A stretch of DNA of 64,000 bases from an uncultured delta proteobacterium (GTDB taxonomy: Bacteria > Desulfobacterota > Binatia > UBA9968): the NCBI GenBank assembly GCA_963755715.1, contig CAVWLW010000032.1, forward strand, positions 32,001 to 96,000, in the 5' to 3' direction. Each line of letters opens with the position of its first letter. Position 1 is the first letter of the stretch. This document shows, piece by piece, positions 1-9,179 of the stretch. Under the pieces are notes generated by a model that was not told the origin of the DNA, searched no databases, and saw only the letters and a list, made by a program, of their open reading frames with translations. Made by a program: the position numbers and the translations under genes.

Positions 1-454
1 TCGCTTCTTCCTCCCAGTCGCGGCAGAGCACACTCAGAAAATCATCTCCCGGTGCGATTTCTTCGGTGATCATTTCATCGCCATGGGGGCCGTAGTAGCC
101 GACGGCCGATGCGTTGATCAAGAACTGCGGTCGCTGCTTGGCTTTGGCGCAGGCCTGAACGAGACTATGCGTGGCGTCGATACGGCTTTTCTCAATGCGT
201 CGCCGTTGGGTTGGAGTCCACTTTTTCTCCGCGATCGGTTCGCCGGCGAGGTTGATCACCCCATCGGCGCCGTCCAAAGCGACGTCCCACTCTCTGAGCG
301 TGCCCGGCGTCCAATGCAGCCAGCGTTTGGTCCCGGTGTTGGCGTCGCGCGGCGAACCGCGGGTAAACAAGATCAATGCATGACCTTGCTCTAAGAGCTT
401 GTCGCATAAGGCCCTGCCAATAAAGCCCGTTGCGCCTGTAATCACCAACCTCAT
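1..454 (-). CDS. TIGR01777-family NAD-dependent epimerase/oxidoreductase (runs off the window edge)
   Basis: Manual translation from ATG at 454: MRLVITGATGFIGRALCDKLLEQGH...DGVINLAGEPIAEKKW...LINASAVGYYG. Rossmann GxxGxxG plus the NLAGE and SAVGYYG motifs. Confidence 0.85.
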   Translation of the reverse strand, partial: MRLVITGATGFIGRALCDKLLEQGHALILFTRGSPRDANTGTKRWLHWTPGTLREWDVALDGADGVINLAGEPIAEKKWTPTQRRRIEKSRIDATHSLVQACAKAKQRPQFLINASAVGYYGPHGDEMITEEIAPGDDFLSVLCRDWEEEA

Positions 455-544
455 CAACGCCTCTCCGTACGCCCTATGACTTAACGGCTCTCCGGATGAA
501 TGTTATGCTTTCAGATGAAACTATTTCCGCTCTGAAGAGTCAAG

Positions 545-1825
545 ATGAAGTCGGACAACGATCGTTCGCCGCGCCGCCGGGTGGTCATCACCGGGCTCGG
601 AGCTGTGGCGCCGAACGGCATCGGCATCGACGCTTATCGGATCGCGCTGCGTGACGGTGTCAGCGGCGTGGGCGCGATCACGCTCTTCGATGCGGAGGAT
701 CTCGAGTGCCGCGTTGCCGCCGAAGTGAAAAATCTTCCGACGGAGATTTCCCTGACCCAACAAGAGGCGCGGCGGGTCGGCCGAGCGGTGCCGTTGTTGC
801 GTGTCGCCACCGAAGAAGCTTTGCGCGGGGCGGGCGTCTGTTGGCCGCGCCTCAGTCTCGAAGAAAAACAGTCCTGGGGCGTGGTCATCGGCAGCGGCGG
901 CGGCACGCCGGATTTCACCGAAGAGCAATATCGGCGCTATTTTTCCGATCAACTACGCCGGGTGAGCGCCTACAATATTTCCAGCTCGACGCCCGGTGGC
1001 TTGTCGAGCGAAGTCTCACTCCACTTCGATTTTCACGGACCGAGCCATCTGATTTCGACGGGCTGCACCAGCTCCACCGATGCGCTCGGCTACGCGTTCA
1101 ATATGATTCGCTTTGGTCTGGCCGATCACTTGGTGAGCGGCGGCGCGGATGCGACGATCACGCCCGGCATCATGCGCGGGTTCTGTGTCATGCGCGTGGT
1201 CTCAGCTTCGCGCAACCTTGAGCCGGAGCGCGCATCGCGGCCCTTTGACCAGACGCGCGATGGTTTTGTGCTCGGTGAAGGCGCGTGGGTGCTCATCCTG
1301 GAAGAACGCGAACGAGCGCTGACGCGCGGCGCCAAGATCCATGGAGAAATCTTGGGCTACGGATCTACCTGCGACGCCTATCATCGGGTCCGGCTCAACC
1401 CGAACGGCGCGGAGCCGGCGCGGGCGATGCAGTTGGCGATCGAAGACGCGCAACTGGCCAAGGATGAAATCGGCTATATCGCGCTGCACGGCACCTCCAC
1501 GTCGCTCAACGATCGAACCGAGACTCTGGCGACCAAGCTTTGCTTCGGCGCGCGCGCCTATGACATGCCGATGAGCTCGATCAAGTCGATGATCGGCCAT
1601 CCTCAAGGCGCCTCGGGCGCGGCGGGTATCGTCGCCGCTCTGCTGGGCATGACCTTTGATTTTTTGCCGCCGACGATCAATTACGAGAAAGCCGATCCGG
1701 AGTGCGATTTAAATTATATTCCCAATCACAGCATCGCGCGGCGCACCGACGTCGCGCTTTGCAACTGCATCGGTTTCGGCTCGAAGAACTCGGCGCTGGT
1801 GGTAGCACGGGGTGAAAATGTATGA
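545..1825 (+). CDS. Beta-ketoacyl-ACP synthase II (FabF-like ketosynthase)
   Basis: RRVVITGLG start, catalytic Cys in STGCTSS, SRPFD..RDGFVLGEG, HGTST and KSMIGH His motifs, GFGSKNS end. Confidence 0.9.
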   Translation: MKSDNDRSPRRRVVITGLGAVAPNGIGIDAYRIALRDGVSGVGAITLFDAEDLECRVAAEVKNLPTEISLTQQEARRVGRAVPLLRVATEEALRGAGVCWPRLSLEEKQSWGVVIGSGGGTPDFTEEQYRRYFSDQLRRVSAYNISSSTPGGLSSEVSLHFDFHGPSHLISTGCTSSTDALGYAFNMIRFGLADHLVSGGADATITPGIMRGFCVMRVVSASRNLEPERASRPFDQTRDGFVLGEGAWVLILEERERALTRGAKIHGEILGYGSTCDAYHRVRLNPNGAEPARAMQLAIEDAQLAKDEIGYIALHGTSTSLNDRTETLATKLCFGARAYDMPMSSIKSMIGHPQGASGAAGIVAALLGMTFDFLPPTINYEKADPECDLNYIPNHSIARRTDVALCNCIGFGSKNSALVVARGENV

Positions 1826-2520
1826 AGCGCAGTTATGAGCAAGAGATGATGGATTCGCCGAATCATCCGCAAGACCTTTTAGAAGAAGACCTGAAAAATT
1901 TGCGGCTCTTTAATCGTTTCCTCGGCGGCTACCGTTGCGTCGAATCGGCGATCGCCGAGGTCGTCTGCCAGCAAAGGCTCAAAAGTTTTTCGCTTCTTGA
2001 CGTAGGCACCGGCAGCGCCGATATTCCCGGACGCATTGTTCGCTGGTGTCAGCGGCGGTCCATCGACATCAGCGTCGTCGCTCTGGATCAGGACCCGGTT
2101 ACCGCGCGATTGGCCGCGTGCCGAACCCGCTTGACGCCTGAAATCACGGTGCTGCGCGGCGATGCCGCGAATCTGCCGTTTGCGCCGCGTTCTTTCGATT
2201 TCGTCTTGGCCTCGCAATTTTTGCATCATTTTTCCGAGGAGAAGGTCGTCGCCATGCTTGAGAACTGGTCGCACTTGGCGCGCCGCGCGGTCATTGTCAG
2301 CGACTTGGTGCGTCATCCGCTGGCGTATTACGGCGTTCAAGTTCTTACCCGGCTGTGCACCGCGAACATCATGACCCGCACCGATGCGCCCCTCTCGGTC
2401 AAGCGCGCATTTACCCGGACCGAATGGCGCGAGCTTTTTCGCCGCGTGGCGGACGATCATTTTCGGCTGATCTCGGTGTTCCCGTTTCGCATCACGGCGC
2501 GATTGGAGTTTTCGCACTGA
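1822..2520 (+). CDS. SAM-dependent methyltransferase
   Basis: LLDVGTGSAD SAM motif I, FDFVLASQFLHHF and DAPLSVKRAF. ATGA overlap with the upstream KS gene. Confidence 0.85.
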   Translation: MKRSYEQEMMDSPNHPQDLLEEDLKNLRLFNRFLGGYRCVESAIAEVVCQQRLKSFSLLDVGTGSADIPGRIVRWCQRRSIDISVVALDQDPVTARLAACRTRLTPEITVLRGDAANLPFAPRSFDFVLASQFLHHFSEEKVVAMLENWSHLARRAVIVSDLVRHPLAYYGVQVLTRLCTANIMTRTDAPLSVKRAFTRTEWRELFRRVADDHFRLISVFPFRITARLEFSH

Positions 2521-3675
2521 TGCCGAGCATCTTTGACGTCGCCATCATCGGCGCCGGTCCGGCGGGCTCGGCCACCGCCATTGCGTTGGCGCGCAGCGGT
2601 TACGCCGTTGTTTTGATCGATAAGCAAATATTCCCCCGAGAAAAGCTCTGCGGTGATTTCGTCAACCCGATCAATTGGCCGATCTTTCGCGATCTGGGCG
2701 TGGAAGAGCGCCTGCTGGCGCAACCGCACACCCGCGTGACGGGTTTTCGCATTACCTCGTATTGCGGCGCGAGCGCGGCAGCAACATTTTCCCAGGTGGA
2801 CCAAAACCGATCTTTCGGTCTCGGACTCAGACGCGCGCAACTGGACCACGTGCTGCTGCAACGGGCCGAGGAAGCCGGAGTCACGATCCGCACCGGGCAG
2901 CGAGTCCAGCAGATTTCAAAACATTCGAAGGAATGGCAGTTGGACATGGGCGCGGGAGAAAGCTGGCGCGCTAAAATTCTCGTCGGCGCCGATGGACGCA
3001 ACTCCTGGGTTGCCCAACAGCTCGGCATGAACACGCGCGCCGCGATGCGCGGCCGGTCCGTCGGTTTCCAAACGCGCATCCATGGCTCGGGCGGCAGCGA
3101 CGGGCAAATCGAGATCCACCTCTTCCCGGGAGGCTATGCGGGTCTGGTCGGCGTCGGCGATGGCACGGCCAGTCTGGGACTTGCCATCGATAAACGCATT
3201 CTCCCGCGTGTTGGCGTAGATGAATTTTTGCGGACCGAGCGTCTAGCGAAAAATCCGTATCTCAAATCGGTTTTAGCGCCGCGCGAGAAAGTCCATGGGT
3301 TTCGCGCCGCCTATCCCGTCTACTTTCCCAAGCGACGTTCTTTTGCCGACGCCGTTGTTCTTGTCGGCGATGCGGCGCGAGTCACCGAGCCGATAACGGG
3401 CGAGGGAATTTATTTCGCGATGCGGAGCGGCATGCTCGCCGCGGAAACGCTCGATCGGGCGCTGCGCCAAGGCGATCTGTCCGCTAATTATCTTCGGGCC
3501 TACGAGCAAACCTGTGCACGGGCATTGCGACCGCGCGTGCTGTTAAATTCGCTCCTGCGCTTCGCTATCTACCGGCCGGCGCTGGTCCATCCGCTGATTC
3601 GTTGGTCCGCGCAGGAATGATCGTCTATTGACCACTCTCGTCGATGCCGTCTGTGTCCCCGCAACAGCGCGCTGA
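2520..3675 (+). CDS. NAD(P)/FAD-dependent oxidoreductase, geranylgeranyl-reductase-like (probable frameshift near 3612)
   Basis: DVAIIGAGPAGS, FPREKLCG, VGADGRNS and LVGDAA..EPITGEGI motifs. ATG at 2520 overlaps the upstream stop. The ORF stops at 3620 but an alternate frame continues to 3675. Confidence 0.85.
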
Positions 3676-3760
3676 TCCGGTCGCACCGACGCCCGCCGCA
3701 AGTTGTTATTCTCCGAGAACTAAATACAATGGCGCGGTGCTCATCTCGATCGGTAGCGTC

Positions 3761-3850
3761 CGTCATGCCGGTGAAAACCGGCATCCAGGAATTATTGTAG
3801 GGGCGTATGGCATACGCCCTTCCTGGATTCCGGCCTGCGCCGGAATGACG
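3761..3850. repeat. Composite REP-like palindromic element (CGTCAT-type arms enclosing a GTAGGGGCG-type hairpin)
   Basis: cgtcatgccggtgaaaaccggcatccagga ... gtaggggcgtatggcatacgccct ... tcctggattccggcctgcgccggaatgacg. Confidence 0.8.
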
Positions 3851-3930
3851 ACCATAGAAGTCGATTCATAGTTGACAGGACGATAACCCTCGCCTTTTCA
3901 AACGGGGTGTGCGCGAGAGGTAATTTCAGA

Positions 3931-5602
3931 ATGACTGCGGAATTTACTCCCGAAGAACAAGCGCGCCTTGCGCCGTTTTTTACCAATCTCGATCGTTCGA
4001 CGTTCGGCTTGAAATTGCCCCAGGAGGTCGCCGGCGCCTTGTTCTCGCGCTACAGCCGCTCGACGAAAAGTCTGCGGCGAACTTTCCTCGATGAATTTCT
4101 CGGCGATCCGACGCTTGGATTAAGCGATCTCCTTTCCGGACAAGCCGAGCCCGCAGCCGACAGCACGGCATTGAAAAAAGCGCGAGCGTTTTACGAGCGC
4201 GTGTTGGTCGGTTACGGCGACGATTCGGTCGCGCAGTTGGGCGGCGCTCATCTGGCCTGCGAAAATATTTCCAACGTCGCCGCCAAACTGCTCGAAGACG
4301 CGCGCATCGGCATCGCGCCGCTGGAAAAATCGACGCGCTATGTGCGCTTCGATCAGAAGGACGCGGCCGGGAATTATCTCTTCTACCGCGAGCCCAAGAT
4401 CATGGCGTCGCGCCACCGCGACGCTTATCTCGAAGTCATGAATCTGCTCTTCGACACTTACTCGCGGCAGATGGAGCCGATGCTGGCGTCGATTGCCAAG
4501 GCGCTGCCCATCGAGCAAGTGGAGGTGCGCGATCCGAGCAGCGGTAAATCCCTGAGTTACAGCGAAGCGCAGAAAGATGATCGACTGCGGCGCTGGGCGG
4601 AGACCGCCTATCGCGCCACCGTGCGCGCCCATGCGTGCGACGTGCTGCGCAGTTATCTGCCGGCTGCGACCTTGACCAACGTCGGCATGTTCGGCGTCGG
4701 CCAGGCGTTCGAATATCTAATCAGCAAATTCTACTCGCATGAGCTGAGCGAAGCGCAGGAACTTGGCCGCGCGATGCACGGCGAGCTGAATCAGCTCATT
4801 CCGTCGTTCGTCAAGCGCGCGCAGTTGAATGAGTATCTCGTTGGCACGACGGCGGCGGCAAAGGTGCTGGCGGCAAAGGCCGTTAATGTTTCACCGTGCG
4901 ACGCCAAAGAACCGGTGACGCTGATCGACTACGACGCCCAAGCCGAAGAGAAAACCATCGCGGCGATTCTGTACTCGCACGCGCGTCAGCCGTTGATGCA
5001 GCTGCGCGAGATCGCCGCCAAGATGAGCGATGAAGATCGTCGCAAGATTCTCAAAGAGTTTTTTAGCAAACGCCGCCACCGCCGCGACAAACTCAGCCGC
5101 GCTTTCGAGAACGTTTATTACACCTTCGATATCCTCGGCAATCTCGGCCTCTATCGCGATCTGCACCGCCATAGAATTCTTACCCAGGAGCGCCAGGACT
5201 TCACCACCGTGCACGGCTACGACACGCCGCCGGAGATCGAAGAGGCGGGTTTCAAGAGCGAGTTCGACGATTGCATGAAGCGCGCGGCGGATTTGTACGA
5301 GCGGATTTACGCCGATCTGCCGAGCGAAGCGCAGTACGTCGTGCCGTTCGCCTACAAGATCCGCTGGTACATGAAGATGAATCTGCGCGAAGCGCTGCAC
5401 ATGTGCGAGCTGCGCACGATGCCGCAAGGTCATCCCGGACTATCGTTTCATCTGCCAGGAGATGTGGCGCAGGATTCAGGAAGTTCATCCAGCGTTGGCG
5501 GAGTGCGGCAAGTTTATCGATTGGAAAAAATATCGGTTGGGACGGTTGCAATCAGAAATGCGGACGGAGTTTAAGAAATCGGCGTTGAAAAAGGGAGAAT
5601 AG
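3931..5602 (+). CDS. thyX: FAD-dependent thymidylate synthase, two-ThyX-domain type (one extra base at about 5434-5437)
   Basis: ALFSRYSRS, GYGDDSVAQL, EKSTRY, RDLHRHR and ELRTMPQGH motifs. The corrected C-terminus GHPDYRFICQEMW...EFKKSALKKGE* ends at TAG 5602. The indel is supported by the intact copy at 6917-7090. Confidence 0.88.
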
Positions 5603-5824
5603 ACCAACCGGTGAAGTTGCAAGACAGTAAATGCCAATGCAACGTGCCCATTCTGTTTTGCGCCCCTGAAGGCTGATGGTTTCTGGGCCTGAGTGGGCAA
5701 TTTCGCAGGCAGCGTCTGCGAAATCCAATTTACGTTGCGGTCAATACGAGTGTTTGTTCCAAGCCTGCGTTACCATAATAGGATTCTATGTTTTCACAAA
5801 AATATCTGCTTAGAAACTTTATTG

Positions 5825-5855
5825 TTGCGCATTTGCGCAATTGAGCAAACATGCG
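5825..5855. promoter_or_regulatory. Operator-like repeat 1 (imperfect palindrome TTGCGCAATTGAGCAA) upstream of the ArsR gene
   Basis: ttgcgcatttgcgcaattgagcaaacatgcg, repeated with 2 mismatches at 6171-6201. Confidence 0.65.
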
Positions 5856-5867
5856 GTAAAGGGCGGC

Positions 5868-6167
5868 ATGGACGAAAAGGTCTATTGCCAGTCGCGTCTT
5901 TGCCGCCTCATGGGTAACCCGATCGCTTTCGCCGTCGTCGATGCGCTCAGTCAGAATAAAGAACTAACCCCGAGCGAGATCGCGCACGCCGTTGGCCGCA
6001 GCGTGTCGCGAGTGAGCCACGTCTTGGCGTCGTTACGGTTGGCAGAGGTCGTCCGTTATGACACCGACGGGCGACAGGCGCGCTACCGCTTGAAACATCC
6101 TCGGGAAACTCGGGACCTTCTGAAGGCCCTCGCATCATTCATCGACTTGTCCTCGGCGTTTCAGTGA
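5868..6167 (+). CDS. ArsR/SmtB-family winged-helix regulator
   Basis: LMGNPIAFAVVDAL...LTPSEIAHAVGRSVSRVSHVLASLRLAEVVRYDTDGRQARYRL matches the ArsR pattern. Confidence 0.8.
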   Translation: MDEKVYCQSRLCRLMGNPIAFAVVDALSQNKELTPSEIAHAVGRSVSRVSHVLASLRLAEVVRYDTDGRQARYRLKHPRETRDLLKALASFIDLSSAFQ

Positions 6168-6170
6168 CAT

Positions 6171-6201
6171 TTGCGGACTTGCGCAATTGAGCAAACATGC
6201 G
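6171..6201. promoter_or_regulatory. Operator-like repeat 2 downstream of the ArsR gene
   Basis: ttgcggacttgcgcaattgagcaaacatgcg, 29/31 identical to 5825-5855 and followed by GGAGG. Confidence 0.65.
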
Positions 6202-6563
6202 TGTTCCCGGTGGGAGGAGCAGCAAGAGAATCTCCACGCACGAACGAACTGCAAACTGTAGAAATCAAAACTCAGTGTGTTCTTGAACGTAAGTCCGGTG
6301 ACTATGATGCCTTAGCCGAGCCGGTGGCGTCTACGTCGGTATCTCGCCCATAGCCCGGCGACCGGGTTTTCACGCTACCCGAGGTCGTTCAAGGAACAAC
6401 CGTGAGCACCGCGCAACCGTCAACCGCAAAGTCCTGGAATGCAGAATCGTGCATTGGCCAACAGCAGCACCGCGATTGTCTTTGATCCACGTCCCAGAGG
6501 CGGCCATAGAGCCACTCTCGTTTTGGCTTGGCGGACGGTCCGGCGAATGGTAATTTCTATGCG

Positions 6564-6884
6564 ATGAAAACGAGTATTGATCACGCCGGCAGATTGTTGA
6601 TACCTAAGGAAATTCGTCGGAAGTCCGGCATCAAGCCAGGAATGCCGCTTGAGGTGCGTTGGGAAAAAGGTGCCATCGCCATTACTCCGGCTCCATTACC
6701 AGTGAAGCTGCGAAGGCGAGACCGACTGCTGGTAGCGATTCGGCGCAAGAATGGCCCATCTCTTTCCACCAAGACCGTCAACTTAACCCGCAAGGCACAG
6801 CGCAAAGATTTTTGGCGACTTGTCGACCGTGCCCACAAAAGAGGGGGAAAAGAAAGGGTTTACCAAGCTCGACGATCTACCTGA
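6564..6884 (+). CDS. AbrB/MazE/SpoVT-family DNA-binding protein (orphan antitoxin-like)
   Basis: MKTSIDHAGRLLIPKEIRRKSGIKPGMPLEV swapped-hairpin motif. No PIN or other toxin gene follows. Confidence 0.8.
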   Translation: MKTSIDHAGRLLIPKEIRRKSGIKPGMPLEVRWEKGAIAITPAPLPVKLRRRDRLLVAIRRKNGPSLSTKTVNLTRKAQRKDFWRLVDRAHKRGGKERVYQARRST

Positions 6885-6916
6885 GTAAGAATCGCAGCCC
6901 AAAAGACGCCGCCGTC

Positions 6917-7090
6917 GGTCACCCCGACTATCGTTTCATCTGCCAGGAGATGTGGCGCAGGATGCAGGAAGTCCATCCAGCGTTGGCGGAGTGCGGCAAG
7001 TTTATCGATTGGAAAAAATATCGGTTGGGGCGATTACAGTCAGAAATGCGGACGGAGTTTAAGAGGTCAACAATTGAGAATAAAGCATAG
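6917..7090 (+). repeat. Duplicated thyX 3' end (copy 2), without a start codon or promoter
   Basis: Encodes GHPDYRFICQEMWRRMQEVHPALAECGKFIDWKKYRLGRLQSEMRTEFKRSTIENKA*. Direct repeat of 5428-5602. Confidence 0.95.
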
Positions 7091-7220
7091 TTGAGCGGTA
7101 GTTATGAAGGTTGCAATATTCTCGTTGCTCGGTGAGTTGTGGACCCGGTAGGGGGATTGGATTGTTTATTTGTCCAGGCCTGACCTTGGCGACCTGACCG
7201 AAGGGGAAAATCATGACAAA

Positions 7221-7952
7221 TCAGCTCTTGATCTTGCCCAGAATGTGAAGGATCTGAAGTCTGAGTGGTTTGGGAAAGGTAAGCTGACCGGCCTGGAACC
7301 TGCCAAAGCAGAAGTTAAAAATTGATAGGAAATCGTGACGCAAGGTTTGTGAAGTGTGGTGTTGATGGAGGGCGCGCAGCGCCGGGCCATGGCAATTCCG
7401 GACTTTGACTGCGCTCCCACACGGACAGGTGTGATGGCCACGATAACCCCACTCGAAAAGGAAAATTATGACGGCCAGCGCCACCAATTCATCGGCCAGG
7501 TGCAGCGTGTCAATGTAGTGTTGGACGATTCCCTCCTGCCCGTGCGCCTGTTCAGCGAAAGGATGCTGACCATGCTGTTTCCAATAGCAGTAACCGTACA
7601 AATAGGGAATGACCAGCCGGTTTACAAAACCGAGCAGTGAAGGTTGTTCGAAGAAAATCCGTCGTTCCTCCACTGGGACGGCCAGACAAAGCGACCCGTC
7701 ACTATAAATGTGTGGATAACTGCGCTCGATTCTGCCCGCGGTCTCTCTTACCCGCGGCAACATGTCTGGAAAGACAGGGGGGATGCGCAATTCGATCTCG
7801 AACTTATCCGTAACCGTTTCGAGTCCGTCGGCCGATGCTTCGAACGGCAGGCTTCCAGAGAGCAACGTTTCATGTTCCAGTTCGGTAAGGTTCGTGAGGC
7901 CCCGATAAATTTCCATTAGCTCGGCGAGCTGCCTCGTCATCTCCTCGGTCAC
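7221..7952 (-). CDS. Prokaryotic E2 (ubiquitin-conjugating-like) protein with C-terminal SEC-C-like Zn motif; CBASS accessory
   Basis: FEIELRIPPVFPDMLPRV...PHIYSDGSLCL (E2 HxxxxGxxC catalytic Cys) and CPCGS....RNCH. GTG at 7952 overlaps the CD-NTase stop (GTGA). Confidence 0.75.
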   Translation of the reverse strand: MTEEMTRQLAELMEIYRGLTNLTELEHETLLSGSLPFEASADGLETVTDKFEIELRIPPVFPDMLPRVRETAGRIERSYPHIYSDGSLCLAVPVEERRIFFEQPSLLGFVNRLVIPYLYGYCYWKQHGQHPFAEQAHGQEGIVQHYIDTLHLADELVALAVIIFLFEWGYRGHHTCPCGSAVKVRNCHGPALRALHQHHTSQTLRHDFLSIFNFCFGRFQAGQLTFPKPLRLQILHILGKIKS

Positions 7953-9153
7953 CCGGCCCTCCAAGGCTTGGCGGCGCCTGTGATGTGGATGCGAGGGGGA
8001 CTGTCGATCAGGGTTTCAGTCGGAACGACGATCTCAAAATTCTTCGAGACGACCGTCGCACCCAAAGCGCTGGATAAGTGTTTCTTCAGCTGGCTCGGAT
8101 TGGCTTCTCTCAGGATCTCAATAACGTCTTTCTGCAAGGCCCCCAACCATAAGAAGAAGGCGCGAGCGCGGGCGTGGCTATCCTCGTGCCAGCGGTCGGC
8201 AAAATTTTCTGCGGGGTTAACAGGGTTTCCGATATACCATTTCCCGTCCGGTGTTCTCTTGATCAGTCCCATCGACGAGAGAGAACGGTCAATTGCCTTA
8301 CCCTCAATGAGGCCCGCGTGTGCACCAAGTTTTTCGACAATACCGCATAGCGCCGAGTAGACATCCGTTTCATTCCCGTATAAATGCGCCGACAACGTCG
8401 TGATGATGATTGAAATCGGCGCGTATATACAAGGCGCTCTTGGTGATTGAAGCGCGAGTCCAGGTAGCGTTTCATGATCTGGATTGCGCGTTGCAGCGGT
8501 GTGCGTACCAATTGGTCGGGAACTTTGTCGATACTTTCGTAAATGTATGGGATTTGCCGCTGGATGACCCGCTTGTTCGAACACGACCTGCTCAAATGCC
8601 GCGGCATTTTTCCAGTCGAACCAGCTTCCGTAGCCTCTGGGATTGCTTACAGACCAGATATAGGAGGAATCCTTCTTGTTCGTAATTGCGATCGATGTGT
8701 CCGCATTATCGCGGAGATCAGGAACTCCGGGCAGAATGTCCAGGTGAAAGCCGACACCGTCCTGCTCGGCGTATTCCAGCGTCCAGCACCGCCGGCCTTC
8801 TGCGTCAAGCGTTTTCAGCGTAAGTCCCGTGTTCGCGGAGCCTGTTGCCGACCATGGAGTTGACCAACTGTGGATCGGTCCGCTCTTTTGCAGGGGTATT
8901 TCGCAGACGAGGTCGATGTCGTAGCTTGCCTCCAAGCCATCTCGGATGGCCTCACTACCGTTCCCAGCCGGAAAAGAACCCTGTCACGATAAGATGCTCA
9001 ACTCACCGGAGCGGCCAGGATGTTCCCGTCCTCCAGCCATGCACCAACTGTGTTGTACCGGTCCACCGCGTCCTGATATTTGCCGGGCGGGATATCAATC
9101 TCGGCGGCGACCTGCTCAAGAAAACGCGAATACTTTCTTAAATCGATCGTCAT
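7949..9153 (-). CDS. cGAS/DncV-like nucleotidyltransferase (CD-NTase) of CBASS; several indels
   Basis: Stitched frames: MTIDLRKYSRFLEQVAAEIDIPPGKYQDAVDRY..., QGSF-RLGTVVRP, YDIDLVC, RRCWTLEY, FHLDILP, SNPRGY..WF, RTPLQRAIQIMKR, PISIIITTL, NPVNPAENFADRW, ending KPWRAG*. GAGG RBS before ATG 9153. Confidence 0.88.
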
Positions 9154-9179
9154 AATGTTAACCTCGCACTCTATTGATC

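Noticed and set aside
5430-5574. Programmed frameshift or novel C-terminus of ThyX (ORF ending ...RNADGV)
   Set aside because: Copy 2 shows the in-frame sequence GHPDYR. One extra base in a C/G run explains it, and similar indels occur throughout the window.
5428-7090. thyX repeat pair as a diversity-generating retroelement TR/VR
   Set aside because: The differences are at third codon positions and are not adenine-specific, and there is no reverse transcriptase in the window.
6659-7090. 143-aa ORF as a real fusion gene
   Set aside because: It is an off-frame read through the AbrB gene that happens to run into the displaced thyX fragment.
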